Virus record (IMG/VR): IMGVR_UViG_3300044846_005309
Location: 55,784 to 119,783 of that record
Reading direction: 5' to 3' (one strand)
DNA: 64,000 nucleotides
Source of the DNA: a virus
Made by a program: the position numbers and the translations under genes. The notes beneath the pieces are model-generated. The model was not told the DNA's origin. It was given only the letters and a program-made list of their open reading frames with translations, and ran no database searches. Positions 36,211-46,992 of this stretch are shown piece by piece (position 1 is the stretch's first letter; each line of letters opens with the position of its first letter).

Positions 36211-37167
36211 ATGGTAGGCAATTACAACGAACATACTCACGCATTAAATTATAGGGACGTGTATCTAGTTCCTAATTTCAGTGAATTAAAGTCTCGAACT
36301 GAAGCTGATACATCTGTAAAGATAAGAGACTTTAAATTTACTCTACCCGTCATGCCTTCTAATATGAAGGCAGTGGTGGATTTTGAAACATATCACTTGT
36401 ATGCCGATCTAGGTCTGGCGCCGATCATGCATCGTTTTGATATGCCTAACGTTGAAGTTCTTCGTCGTATTATTACGCCTTGGAGAGCTATTAGCGTGGG
36501 AGTTAAAGAAAGAGATAAGAAAGAACTAGAAGAATGTAAACATATTACAGAAGCTCCTGCTTGTATCTGTATTGATATTGCCCACGGACATTGCAAAGAA
36601 ATGCTTAATATGATTACGTTTGTACGAGACCTGTTCCCGGATGTTATAATTATAGCGGGTAATGTCACGACCCCTTTAGCTTGTAATGATCTTGCAGTCT
36701 GGGGTGCAGATATGGTTAAGGTTGGTATCGGGCCCGGTCAAGTATGCTCAACTAAGAATAAGACCGGGTTTCATGTACCAATGTTTACAGCAGTTAAGGA
36801 ATGCGCTGCTATGTCCCCGGTACCCGTTATTGCCGATGGTGGATTTAGAGAGAACGGAGATATTGCAAAAGCATTAGTTGCCGGCGCAACTTTCTGTATG
36901 ATCGGTGGAATGTTTGCGGGCTGCTCGGATTCTCCTGCTACAATTGTGAACGGTAAAAAAGAGTATTACGGCAGTGCTTCTGAAAGAAACAAGGGATCCG
37001 TTAGGAACATCGAGGGATTCACTACGCATCTAACACCTACAGACACTATTACTAGTAAAGTTCGAGAAATCCGAGAAGACTTGCAATCCGCTATCAGTTA
37101 TGCTGGTGGTAAAGATCTTTCTGCACTTGATCTTTCGAAAGTACAGTATAGAATAGTAAACAATTAA
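36211..37167 (+). CDS. guaC: GMP reductase
   Basis: PSNM, IDIAHGH, IAGNV, KVGIGPGQVCST, IADGG, EYYGSAS, LQSAISYAGG; no CBS domains. Confidence 0.9.
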   Translation: MVGNYNEHTHALNYRDVYLVPNFSELKSRTEADTSVKIRDFKFTLPVMPSNMKAVVDFETYHLYADLGLAPIMHRFDMPNVEVLRRIITPWRAISVGVKERDKKELEECKHITEAPACICIDIAHGHCKEMLNMITFVRDLFPDVIIIAGNVTTPLACNDLAVWGADMVKVGIGPGQVCSTKNKTGFHVPMFTAVKECAAMSPVPVIADGGFRENGDIAKALVAGATFCMIGGMFAGCSDSPATIVNGKKEYYGSASERNKGSVRNIEGFTTHLTPTDTITSKVREIREDLQSAISYAGGKDLSALDLSKVQYRIVNN

Positions 37168-37168
37168 T

Positions 37169-37657
37169 ATGTCAAAAGAAGAATACGTTCAACTCGAAGC
37201 GGTCCGTGAGGCCCTCGAAAAAGTAGTCAAAGATGAGAACGCTATCGAAAAAGTTCTCGATCTTTTGAGTGATGCTGCAGTACAGGTAGATGAAGCTAAA
37301 CAAGCTGAAGAGCCTGAGGCTTCTGATACTAATGAAACCGAAGAATCCGACGAGCCTAAGATTAAGAAGCAATACGGTATTCTTGTTTCTGACAAGGATG
37401 GCGTTATTAATAAAGACCTAGTAGGGTGGGTTTTCCAGATGCCTGAAAACGAAGATACTAGAGATGTAGTAGAGCTTATTAAGAAAGCTGCATATAATTA
37501 TAATGCTTCGAAGAAAGGCCGTAAATACCCAGTAAGCACTATCGGTCAGTCAATCGAGGGAGTGGGTAATAAGTTTTTTAAGCCTTACAATGTAAGCCTT
37601 AAGACTAAGGAACCGGTGCTTGTAATTACTACGGATAACGTTTTGCCGCGTAGTTAA
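37169..37657 (+). CDS. hypothetical protein
   Basis: ORF starting 1 nt after the guaC stop. Confidence 0.6.
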   Translation: MSKEEYVQLEAVREALEKVVKDENAIEKVLDLLSDAAVQVDEAKQAEEPEASDTNETEESDEPKIKKQYGILVSDKDGVINKDLVGWVFQMPENEDTRDVVELIKKAAYNYNASKKGRKYPVSTIGQSIEGVGNKFFKPYNVSLKTKEPVLVITTDNVLPRS

Positions 37658-37696
37658 AACTCTGTTAGAGTTTAAAATAGAAAACTGAGCTCAAGC

Positions 37697-39379
37697 TCAG
37701 TTTTCTTTTCGTAATTCTGCTTTATAATGAGCAAATCTATGGTGATTTATAGGAGATGCTAAAAGTACCGCGCTTTTAATTTTACCTTTTTTAGCCTCTT
37801 GATACATATGAGACATCCAAGTTTGCTCAAAAGGATGATCCCACTTAGTATCGAGAAACATTTTGGTATTACCCTGTCTTGTTACTAGTTGAGGCCAGTT
37901 ACAATAGTATATCTCTCCGTCGGCATAGCTGAGCCCTTCAAGCGTATGTATATTGTTAAATTTAGTCAAAGGCGCATTAGGATCTAAACCAGACTCTGGT
38001 AATTTTGGTTTTTCGGGCCAAAATTGCTCTCTAATTTTTTGCGGAACATTATACCATGTCCATTGAGTTTTGTTGTCGCCGAAAAACTCGGTAAAGCTAA
38101 GTTTTAAAAAGTCATATTTTTGCTTTGCGACAATTTTGTGTATTTTATCGTAAAGATTAGGACAATACCTTGTAAAGCCGGATGCGCACAATTCTTTATT
38201 TTCCTCCTTTAAGAGCATATCATCTTCTAGAAATATATAAAAATCATGATTAGACTGATCAAAATGTTCTGCTATAAATTGACGGCCACCGCAAATACCT
38301 AAATTGTCCTTTTTAATATGTGTAAAATTATACTTTTTACAGAGTTCAGCATACTTAGGAGTAGTCTCAAGGTCAGTACTATTATCCAATAAATAGTTGA
38401 CTGTGTCAGTTATAAACCTAGGCTGCTTTAAATATGATTGTACTAATGTATCAAACTGATCAGGAGAATTAAAAGTAATCACATATAAAGCAGTAGTAGT
38501 ATTGGTAAGATCTAAAGGAATGTTTGTAGCTTTAGGGGTTTCAAGAAATACTTTATCATTTTTTAATTGCTCTGCAAAATACCCTATTAACCCATTGTCT
38601 TCAATCATAAACCTACGATATAATTCAGGTTCAAGATGAGACATAATAGTAAAAATACTCTCTTCAGTACCCATGTAACCTTCTTGAAGAGAATTAGCTA
38701 ACAAATGATAATACATATTGTTAGCTTTTTTTATAGCATCAATATGACCACCAAATAAACCGCCTCTACACACATAAGAAACATAATCCACTTGAGCATA
38801 TTTGTTCATTCCGTTTCTATCAAAGCCATGTATTTCGGTGTTACCTACATACGGAAATGAAAGAAAGAAAAAATCTTTTAAAAATGGAGTAATTTTGTTT
38901 AAAATTTTATCATGTGTAAAATAACCCGGATGCACTGTGTTTGTAATACCTCCATCAAGCCAAATAAAATATTCTGAATTGAAAGGATTAAAACAAGTCT
39001 GATCATGCAGCATAAACATCTTAGACATAACCATAGGGTTATAATATTCTAAGGTAGCCTGTGTACTATTACGCAGCCATTCGGCCTGAGACAGCCACTT
39101 TTCGCTTTTTCTTATATTTTGTATCTTATCGTAAAAATCAAACTTAGTTTTAAACTCTTCTACTTCTTTTATATAGACACGGGTATTTTCTGGTTTGCGA
39201 TTTTGCCAAACAATATTTTCATACTGTTTTTCGATATAAATTGACATATTAACATCGATCTGTAATAACTTTATAAAATTGTCAATATAATGCTGAAAGG
39301 GTCTTTTAAATCCTTCCCCAGCATCATGCCTCTTAAGATCCCAAATACCTGTTACAACTGTTAAATTATTCTTGGTCAT
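37697..39379 (-). CDS. HtrL/YibB-like glycosyltransferase fused to a second GT-A-like domain
   Basis: TVVTGIWDL, SKMFML, WLDGGI, GGLFGG, GTEE; second domain NLGICGGR, FLEDD. Confidence 0.65.
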   Translation of the reverse strand: MTKNNLTVVTGIWDLKRHDAGEGFKRPFQHYIDNFIKLLQIDVNMSIYIEKQYENIVWQNRKPENTRVYIKEVEEFKTKFDFYDKIQNIRKSEKWLSQAEWLRNSTQATLEYYNPMVMSKMFMLHDQTCFNPFNSEYFIWLDGGITNTVHPGYFTHDKILNKITPFLKDFFFLSFPYVGNTEIHGFDRNGMNKYAQVDYVSYVCRGGLFGGHIDAIKKANNMYYHLLANSLQEGYMGTEESIFTIMSHLEPELYRRFMIEDNGLIGYFAEQLKNDKVFLETPKATNIPLDLTNTTTALYVITFNSPDQFDTLVQSYLKQPRFITDTVNYLLDNSTDLETTPKYAELCKKYNFTHIKKDNLGICGGRQFIAEHFDQSNHDFYIFLEDDMLLKEENKELCASGFTRYCPNLYDKIHKIVAKQKYDFLKLSFTEFFGDNKTQWTWYNVPQKIREQFWPEKPKLPESGLDPNAPLTKFNNIHTLEGLSYADGEIYYCNWPQLVTRQGNTKMFLDTKWDHPFEQTWMSHMYQEAKKGKIKSAVLLASPINHHRFAHYKAELRKEN

Positions 39380-40259
39380 GTATATGTTTTAAAATTTTGT
39401 AAAAACTATTAGCATCTTCAGTTAAATAACTAGTTATCTCCCCTGGAGAATAAAACCACCACATATCGAATTTATGTAAATCGTACTTTTCAGGAAATAC
39501 TGAATATAAACAATTAAATAAGTGCTCTTCAAAACAATGTATTTTATTGTCTATAGTTCCTTTTAGTAATTTTTCGTATAGAAAAAAGTTTTCTAAAACA
39601 TCTTCCTTATAACCGCCAAATAATCCCGCTACAAGATGGTCTACAATATGAGATTTTTTATTAAATATTTTTTCAGTCAAACTTGCAAGTGCAGAATTGT
39701 CTCCTTGTGCGAGTAAAGAGCAGTAAAACAATTTACCCTTTTGTACCATTTTAGGCAAATTACGGCCTAGTTTAGGATTAAAAATATTGTTGCTATTAAG
39801 TGGGTAATAACGTTCTTTTGGATGGGTTCTTAAAAGTTCTACCCCGCCTACCTTTTCAGGTATTATACCATGATGAGTAAGCCCTGCGTCTATCCACATA
39901 TATATGTCGTCGTTAGTTAAATTTTTTTCTATAGCGTCTTTTAACCAATACATTTTATTGAAACATAAAATTTCATTACGATCGTTAGGTATAGTTTTAT
40001 AAAATGTTTTTTTCCAATTTATGTACTGTTCAAAATGTATGAATTGTTCTAATTCGTACTCGAACACAAATAAATTTTTAAAATACGGGGTTAAGAGCGT
40101 TCTATAATTTTCAACATTTTCTTTTTTACAATATAAAATTAAACTATGCCCTAAATTACCTATATTAATAAGAGAGGGTAAGAAAAACTCTATATCGCGA
40201 CCGCGGCCGCCTATTACAGTTTCACAGTTATTACTATAAATTGCAGTTACAAAAATCAT
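39366..40259 (-). CDS. HtrL/YibB-like glycosyltransferase
   Basis: FVTAIY, NKMYWL, WIDAGL, AGLFGG, FEE. Confidence 0.6.
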   Translation of the reverse strand: MIFVTAIYSNNCETVIGGRGRDIEFFLPSLINIGNLGHSLILYCKKENVENYRTLLTPYFKNLFVFEYELEQFIHFEQYINWKKTFYKTIPNDRNEILCFNKMYWLKDAIEKNLTNDDIYMWIDAGLTHHGIIPEKVGGVELLRTHPKERYYPLNSNNIFNPKLGRNLPKMVQKGKLFYCSLLAQGDNSALASLTEKIFNKKSHIVDHLVAGLFGGYKEDVLENFFLYEKLLKGTIDNKIHCFEEHLFNCLYSVFPEKYDLHKFDMWWFYSPGEITSYLTEDANSFYKILKHIHDQE

Positions 40260-40963
40260 TTTCTTAAGTTTTTACAATGTTCAAAATCCAATAAAGAAGT
40301 TGGCAGTTTATGCGGAGAATATAAATTCCAATTATATGTTATTACATAATGATTATTATCATTTGTAAAGTTTATATCTGAGTATATAGGTCTTTGTGTT
40401 ATGAGCGGGGTAATAGGAGAATATGCTTTACCAAGAGGATAAATAAATTCATCTAAAAATACGTCGATAGGTACTTGGGCGTGATTGGGGTCAGGATCTT
40501 CGTAATAGTCTATAATCTTTTTCGCTACAAAACGGTTATAAATTAACCCCACTGTACCGTATATACCTCTGTGTATATCTAAGTTTTTTAAAGGTAATTC
40601 ACTTAAATTTATTAATTTATCTTCTACTTTACTTACAGGTCTATGAAAAGCAGGTCCTAGATTAATAATATTACAAGACATGTCATTTAATTGTTTATTT
40701 AAAGCCGGTAAAAATTCTTTAACATACGGCATAAAAAATAAATCATCCTCAAAAGTTACAATATATTCATCACTACTTTCCAATAGTTTTCTAGCTATTT
40801 CTTTATGAGATAATAAACAACCAGTATAACTATTTGTATCTATTGCTTCAAACACTCTATACTTCCAATTCATATAGGACATTTCTGCAACAGCACACTT
40901 TAGACGTTCAGGGCGTCTTTTTAAATTTATGACATAAGTAGGATAACTTTCTATATTTTTCAT
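40256..40963 (-). CDS. GT25-family glycosyltransferase
   Basis: YVINLKRRPERL, FEAID, GCLLSH, FEDD. Confidence 0.8.
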   Translation of the reverse strand: MKNIESYPTYVINLKRRPERLKCAVAEMSYMNWKYRVFEAIDTNSYTGCLLSHKEIARKLLESSDEYIVTFEDDLFFMPYVKEFLPALNKQLNDMSCNIINLGPAFHRPVSKVEDKLINLSELPLKNLDIHRGIYGTVGLIYNRFVAKKIIDYYEDPDPNHAQVPIDVFLDEFIYPLGKAYSPITPLITQRPIYSDINFTNDNNHYVITYNWNLYSPHKLPTSLLDFEHCKNLRK

Positions 40964-42192
40964 ATATTGCCTGTAATAGGTTCAGCCCAACCTTTGCTTA
41001 TACTATGAGGCCACACTATCCAGCTAGATGGTTTAACATCGGTATTAAACTCTCTCCATATTTTACAATATTTGTCTGGATCGTTAAACATACGAGCAAT
41101 TTCCTCTTTATCAGCGTCTCTTCTATATAAATCTTTACCTTCTCCATCCTTAAACGCAACACACCAAAAATCATAATCCTTCTCAGGTACTTGTTCATAC
41201 CTCAGATCTATACAATGTTTAAATATTCTACATATAGAGGCTTCCCAATCAATTACAGGAGGGTTAGGCGGGTAATTTCTATCTAAAGTGTATTGTTGCA
41301 CACCTCTAAGTTTAAAGCTTATTCCAGCGTAGCGTTCATAGTCATGCAAAGTTCTTTCTGTGCCAAAACCATATGGGCCAAAATCTATATCTCTCTTTTC
41401 CCCGTCCATTTCGAAAAGCTTACGGTTACGCAAATGGCATAGATTATTACTTTCTATCCAGGTACTATGATCATCCCAGTGTTTAGTTCTTCCCTTACGA
41501 GTATATTCATGCCAAGCAATAATCTTGTGCGGATGAAAAAGATCATAACCCCACGTGTAAGCTCTTACAGCAATACTAATTTCTTCTCCGTGAAAATAGT
41601 AATTAGGGTCATGAGGCACCTCTTTACAGAACTGTCCTAAAGTAAAACAAAAATGCGCCGAATAAAAACGAGACGGAACAGGCTCAGTTCTTTGCATGTA
41701 ATCATCTATAGAAGCTGGTAAAAAGAAAATGGCGCCTTCAGGTATAAAACGATCAAAATCCATTTTCCAAGGTATCATATGCCTTCCGGCAGGATCGTTT
41801 TCAGGGTCAAAACTTGATATATAACCTGTTAATAAAGGCTTTTTATGTCCTTTTGCCTGTAACTGCTTAAGCATTCCTATTACCGATTCATCCCAATCCT
41901 TAACAAAACGATGATGGGAATCTAGTTGTAAAGTATACGTTTCTCCCTTATATTGTTGCTGTATTAAATTACGTATCCAACACGCTCCTTTAGCTTCTTT
42001 ATAAGGAACATCTAAAATTTGTATATTAGCGAAGTTTTTTAATTCGTCAATATTTTCGTCTTTACTGTGCTGCCACCCTATACAAAAATGCAATCTTTCC
42101 GGATGCTTTGCGTTAGTAATACAGCTTAGAACTGTAGGAACTAGTTGCGGATCTCTATAAGCAGCTATCTGTATAAAAATGGTTTCTTCCAT
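40960..42192 (-). CDS. GT60-like polypeptide GlcNAc-transferase
   Basis: IFIQIAAYRD, LQLDSHHRF, FHGEEISIAVRAYTWGYD, YGFGTERTL. Confidence 0.75.
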   Translation of the reverse strand: MEETIFIQIAAYRDPQLVPTVLSCITNAKHPERLHFCIGWQHSKDENIDELKNFANIQILDVPYKEAKGACWIRNLIQQQYKGETYTLQLDSHHRFVKDWDESVIGMLKQLQAKGHKKPLLTGYISSFDPENDPAGRHMIPWKMDFDRFIPEGAIFFLPASIDDYMQRTEPVPSRFYSAHFCFTLGQFCKEVPHDPNYYFHGEEISIAVRAYTWGYDLFHPHKIIAWHEYTRKGRTKHWDDHSTWIESNNLCHLRNRKLFEMDGEKRDIDFGPYGFGTERTLHDYERYAGISFKLRGVQQYTLDRNYPPNPPVIDWEASICRIFKHCIDLRYEQVPEKDYDFWCVAFKDGEGKDLYRRDADKEEIARMFNDPDKYCKIWREFNTDVKPSSWIVWPHSISKGWAEPITGNI

Positions 42193-42233
42193 ACGAAGAA
42201 ACTTATAAATGTTAGAGCACTACTCAACTAACT

Positions 42234-44267
42234 TTAACCCGGAACTCCATTAATAGGGCCGTTAGGATTACTATTCAAATTGCCGCCTGCACTGTTATAA
42301 TGTGTAGCCGGGGCGGTTGCAGTAGCAGCAGAAGTTTCTGCGTTAACAGCACCTGCAGCAGCAGTGCGAACAGCGGCAGCATTAGCAACTAAAGTAAGAG
42401 GAAGATTTTTAAAGTAGTGAGTGTGTGGTTGATTAATAGTAAGTACCCCGCCAGAAATCGTACCGCCAGTTATTGTCACTACATTTCCGCTAGAAATAAC
42501 ACCGCCACCTGGTTTAGTTATAATGCCATTACTAATAATAGCATTACTAATAGTGTAGCCTGTATCTTGTATAGTGGTAGATTCTGTAACTTGAAACTCG
42601 TATGGCGCGGTAACATGTTGTAAATAGACTTCCCCGTTAGTATAACTACCGCCCCCTATCACCACATTTTTAGATATACCTAAATTATCATCAATAACAA
42701 CTTGAGCTTTATTACGAGTACGTATAGCTATAATATCCGCTATTACTGAAAGATTAGTGCCTCCGTCAAGATTGAAATCTTCTTTGGAAGCAATATTAAC
42801 TTGTGTACCAGCTATAGCCATAATAGTACCACCTAAATTTATAGGCCCGGTAGTTTTAGTGTCTATACCTCCTGATCCAACCACTAAAGAATATCTATTA
42901 CCAATAGTCTGAGTAAAATTACCTCCTGGCGGGTCGTCGACGTATGTATATTCAATTAAATCTATATCAGCTTCAGTTAATATAGTACCTGAATTATTTA
43001 CGTTTCGAAATTGATTAACTTTTTTAGGGGTATCGTTGATTCTATAACTAGCTACATCATTAAAAATTAATCCTGTATTACTAAATTGATGTTTAGTAAC
43101 TGTTTGTATAAAATTACCGCCGTAGCCGAGTTCTCTTTCTGCTTCAGCTAATGCTTGTACATTAGACTCAATAACCGACTGTAAAGAAGACTTATCTGAG
43201 GTATTTTCAGGCTGAGCTAAGATGTCTGCAATATTTTTATAAACCTCATGCCATTTTTTGAGGGCATTAAAATTTAAACTACCTATTTTTAAAAGATAGT
43301 CTCCTTTTACTATATTATCATAATCTCTACCTATATAATGATTGCTGTGGCCATTAATAGTTTCAAATTTATCCTTTAACGTAAGTTGTTGTAGGTTTTT
43401 TGGGCTAAATAAAGAATTATAAGCATTATTAAATTCTATAAACCCCCCAGCGAAATGGGTAATCTTAAACCGTTCTCTATCCATGGTATTAATAATTTCT
43501 ATAGCAGCACCACGTTGATTAATAACCATTTTATTACGGTAAGTTTGAGTGCTAATATCTTCTCCGCGTATATTAGGACTCATATTTTCAAACGCTCCAG
43601 GGTAATCTTGAGCGCTACCGTCTTCCGTCATGAATATACTTTTAAAATCATCTTCTCCAGAAGCGGATCCGACATAAACCGGATACGTTGCAATACCGTC
43701 TCTAAAAAATACCCAAACATGCGCGCCTACGTTAGGAACAGCAAAGACTCCTTTAGCAGCATTAGAATAGGTTGAAGGCCTGTAACTGCTACCATATGGA
43801 TTGAGTTTAGAGGTTTTATTACTTTGCGTGTCAGTAAAAGCATCCGTCACTCTAAAGTTATATTTTTCAAAAACTGCCCCGGGCTTTTCACCAAAACTTT
43901 CAGCATTAAGTTCATATTCCGTTGCGGTAGTAGAATTATTAGTACCGGTTAAACTAGACGCAAAAGTTGCATCTGAAACTGTAGCTGTTTCATAAAATGC
44001 ATTATACGTACCTGATGCAGACCCACCAGCAATTGGACTGCAATACTCAGCCCACGGAAGCTCGTCTCTCAGTTCGTCTATAATAAGACTTAAATCGGAA
44101 TTAATATTAAGCCCGGGAAATTTAAAATGACGATCTTGTTTTAATTGATTCCATTTATTATATACGTTAATACTAACATGAGGCACCCATACCTTAATAC
44201 GCCCTCTATATTCAGGGTCGTTATTTTGTACGCAAATACCCAAATAAATATTATTATAAGATTTCAT
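42234..44267 (-). CDS. baseplate hub/central spike (T4 gp5-like)
   Basis: NNDPEYRGRIKVWVP, VPNVGAHVWVFFRDG OB-fold; beta-helix-like C-terminal repeats; HTH tip motif. Confidence 0.8.
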   Translation of the reverse strand: MKSYNNIYLGICVQNNDPEYRGRIKVWVPHVSINVYNKWNQLKQDRHFKFPGLNINSDLSLIIDELRDELPWAEYCSPIAGGSASGTYNAFYETATVSDATFASSLTGTNNSTTATEYELNAESFGEKPGAVFEKYNFRVTDAFTDTQSNKTSKLNPYGSSYRPSTYSNAAKGVFAVPNVGAHVWVFFRDGIATYPVYVGSASGEDDFKSIFMTEDGSAQDYPGAFENMSPNIRGEDISTQTYRNKMVINQRGAAIEIINTMDRERFKITHFAGGFIEFNNAYNSLFSPKNLQQLTLKDKFETINGHSNHYIGRDYDNIVKGDYLLKIGSLNFNALKKWHEVYKNIADILAQPENTSDKSSLQSVIESNVQALAEAERELGYGGNFIQTVTKHQFSNTGLIFNDVASYRINDTPKKVNQFRNVNNSGTILTEADIDLIEYTYVDDPPGGNFTQTIGNRYSLVVGSGGIDTKTTGPINLGGTIMAIAGTQVNIASKEDFNLDGGTNLSVIADIIAIRTRNKAQVVIDDNLGISKNVVIGGGSYTNGEVYLQHVTAPYEFQVTESTTIQDTGYTISNAIISNGIITKPGGGVISSGNVVTITGGTISGGVLTINQPHTHYFKNLPLTLVANAAAVRTAAAGAVNAETSAATATAPATHYNSAGGNLNSNPNGPINGVPG

Positions 44268-45088
44268 TAATACTGTATTATTTCTCTTTCCGCGATAAGA
44301 GTGTTAGTGGTTAACTGTTTATAGCTTTGTACGTTAGAATTTGTAAAATTTACATTTATATCTATATCTTCACAAGTTGCACTAACACTCCATGCATATG
44401 GGGTTAATAAATTACCTATAATATTAGTATTAAAAGGTAAGAAGTTAGCTAATTGCGGATAAAGACTATTTATAGATTCTAAAATAGAGTCGCTTGAATT
44501 TACTCTTCTTTCGTAGTCTGTATTAGCCATTATTAAATTACCGTTTACCCCTGAACCAGGAGCTACGTCAGTACCTGTCCCAGGGCCTATTCTTTCTATA
44601 TTATTAACAAAAAGCGTATTAGCTGCTGTGTAAAATTTAATAATACTACTTGATAGTCCATGTACAAGTAAACTATCGATAATAGAACTATATATTTTTG
44701 TATTAGTATTTTCGTTAGTGTTATATGCAGTTAAGTAATATAACGTGCCCACACTTTCTGAAAACAAACGATAATAAAGACTGTCTTCAGTAATTAATCT
44801 ATATACAGTAGGAGAAGAATAATACATTGCTTCATCCCACCAAAACTTACCCCAGAGTACAGGCAGCTCATCTATAGTAGTAGTTATAGAAAATGTTTGG
44901 TTATTTTGAGATATACCTTCAAGTTCTTTAAAAAAATCTACTTTGGATCCAATCGGGTTAGAAGAAAATTGTGTTAAATAATATGCTTTGGTTATATACT
45001 GTTCGGTTTCAAAACCAGGAAAAGTATAGCCATACCAAAATATACTGGTATTATATACATCAAAGGTTCTTACTACAGTAGTAGCCAT
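44267..45088 (-). CDS. hypothetical (structural-module) protein
   Basis: ORF coupled to the gp5-like gene. Confidence 0.55.
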   Translation of the reverse strand: MATTVVRTFDVYNTSIFWYGYTFPGFETEQYITKAYYLTQFSSNPIGSKVDFFKELEGISQNNQTFSITTTIDELPVLWGKFWWDEAMYYSSPTVYRLITEDSLYYRLFSESVGTLYYLTAYNTNENTNTKIYSSIIDSLLVHGLSSSIIKFYTAANTLFVNNIERIGPGTGTDVAPGSGVNGNLIMANTDYERRVNSSDSILESINSLYPQLANFLPFNTNIIGNLLTPYAWSVSATCEDIDINVNFTNSNVQSYKQLTTNTLIAEREIIQY

Positions 45089-45102
45089 CTTATATTATTT
45101 AC

Positions 45103-46629
45103 CTACGCTACCTCATCATCAATCTTAAGATTGCGACTTGCATAAGGTTTAACTGCGGTTATTGTATTGGTGTATCCGGTTTGGGTAAATTCGTGTACAA
45201 CACGCGTAACAAACCATTGGCCTAAAAATTTTTCATCAAAGTCATTATCAATATTGCCTGTAGGTCTGTCTAACCCTATAAAACGATTAACCTGTCTTAA
45301 CGTACTTCCTGGTACATTAAAAGTAAGGCATTCATTTAAGAAGAGCCCGCTTTCAAGCATTACGTTGCGTCCTTCTGGATAGCGTTCTATTTTTGTTTCC
45401 CCGTAAGAATAAGCCGTGTTTATAGTTATTCCTTCAGTTTTATTCTTATTAAGAGCCAACAAAGCATACGGATTTAATGCGTATTTAAATTTGCTAATGT
45501 AATTTTGTTGGAAATAATTTTTGACGTTTTCTATAGTATTTTCTTTTAAATCCATTACGAATTCTTTACGACCTATATGGTTAGAACAAACCGCTGTATT
45601 AACTAACATTGTATTACTGTCTATAGCGGACATGTTAACAAATTGATAATTATTAACTGTGCTTAGCTGTCCCATAGTTACGTTGCGGCGTCCTGTCGGA
45701 TCTGGCGGGGTATAAGGCACAGAAGGTATAATGACACTGTTTGCTTCTGATGAACTAATATAAAATTGTTCAAGTTGATACTCTCCTGCTAAGCGAGAGT
45801 TGTTTACCGCTTTGTTTAAAAGAGAGGTTATAGAAAGTAAATTCCAAGTTTTATCGTATCTATCTCTAAAAAGTATTCCTACATCACCGGAATTTTCACC
45901 TTCTTTTGTGTCACATACATGTCTTTTAACTAAAAAATCTAAATTTGTAGAAACTACACTTTCAACTGTTGGGGTATAAAATATTTTACTAGCACCTATG
46001 TCCCATTCTTCAGAAAATTTTTGAGTACTAAGTTTATTATTAAGAGCGTATTTTATAAGGCTCTGTATAGCAAGACCTGTAGGAACTCTACGCTTTAAAT
46101 CTGGTAGTTGAGAAGAACGTCCGTTATATTCTGGATAGAGTTCATATAAAACTTCATTAGTGCTCCAATTTGCATTTATTTCAGTACAAAACTGATAATC
46201 TGTTTCCCAAAAATATAGTTTTAAATTTTTCTCGCGAGGCTCGTTACCGGGTATATCTTCTGTATCATACACAGTAAAAATATACCTCATATTCCAGAAC
46301 GATGGTTCAAAGACATCTTGTTCTATAAAATTAGTCTCAACAACAGGTTTAATGTTAACAAATAAAAGGTCTCTACCGTCGTTACGAAACTTATAATTAA
46401 GTTCTGGTGGAGTAAATTCATTAGGTCTTTTTTCTAAAACATTGTATCCGTTTTGTAGTACTATGCTGCCTTGTTTGTACCATTCATGAGTACTTTCTTC
46501 TATAATTAAAGACAATATTGAACTCGCATTGATAGGAAACGCAATACCTTGTGTATTATAAAGTGTTATGCTTACTTCATAATCTTGATTATTAAGTCTT
46601 AATCTATTCTTTACAGTATTATTTTCCAT
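45103..46629 (-). CDS. baseplate hub protein (gp27-like)
   Basis: IEES N-terminal motif, C-terminal GQWFVTRVVHEF...Y.NTITAVK; synteny. Confidence 0.6.
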   Translation of the reverse strand: MENNTVKNRLRLNNQDYEVSITLYNTQGIAFPINASSILSLIIEESTHEWYKQGSIVLQNGYNVLEKRPNEFTPPELNYKFRNDGRDLLFVNIKPVVETNFIEQDVFEPSFWNMRYIFTVYDTEDIPGNEPREKNLKLYFWETDYQFCTEINANWSTNEVLYELYPEYNGRSSQLPDLKRRVPTGLAIQSLIKYALNNKLSTQKFSEEWDIGASKIFYTPTVESVVSTNLDFLVKRHVCDTKEGENSGDVGILFRDRYDKTWNLLSITSLLNKAVNNSRLAGEYQLEQFYISSSEANSVIIPSVPYTPPDPTGRRNVTMGQLSTVNNYQFVNMSAIDSNTMLVNTAVCSNHIGRKEFVMDLKENTIENVKNYFQQNYISKFKYALNPYALLALNKNKTEGITINTAYSYGETKIERYPEGRNVMLESGLFLNECLTFNVPGSTLRQVNRFIGLDRPTGNIDNDFDEKFLGQWFVTRVVHEFTQTGYTNTITAVKPYASRNLKIDDEVA

Positions 46630-46991
46630 TATTGCTGTAAGCTTTGTAAAACCGAACGAACATATTCAGGTTTTAATATTTTTAATTTTGTACCAGCTGT
46701 AGGATAGTTTACTGGATTAATAATATGATTTACAGAACAAATTACCCACCAAAGATAAATTGTACCATAGACTTTGTATGATATAAAAGTATAAGGTAAA
46801 TTATCGTTAGGTACTACGTATGTGCTATATACAGTTTCATTTATATCTTCAGGAAAATTAACTTTTCTTAAAATATTATAAAAGTACTGCCCGGCTTTAT
46901 TTTGATATACATTAAAAATATTCTCATACCTAAACTGATCTAAGGTAGGTAGATTATTTATATCGTTTTGTTTTTGAGGATCGTCTGTCAT
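46629..46991 (-). CDS. baseplate wedge protein (gp53-like)
   Basis: ISYKVYGTIYLWWVICSVNHIINP...GTKLKI. Confidence 0.8.
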   Translation of the reverse strand: MTDDPQKQNDINNLPTLDQFRYENIFNVYQNKAGQYFYNILRKVNFPEDINETVYSTYVVPNDNLPYTFISYKVYGTIYLWWVICSVNHIINPVNYPTAGTKLKILKPEYVRSVLQSLQQ

Positions 46992-46992
46992 A

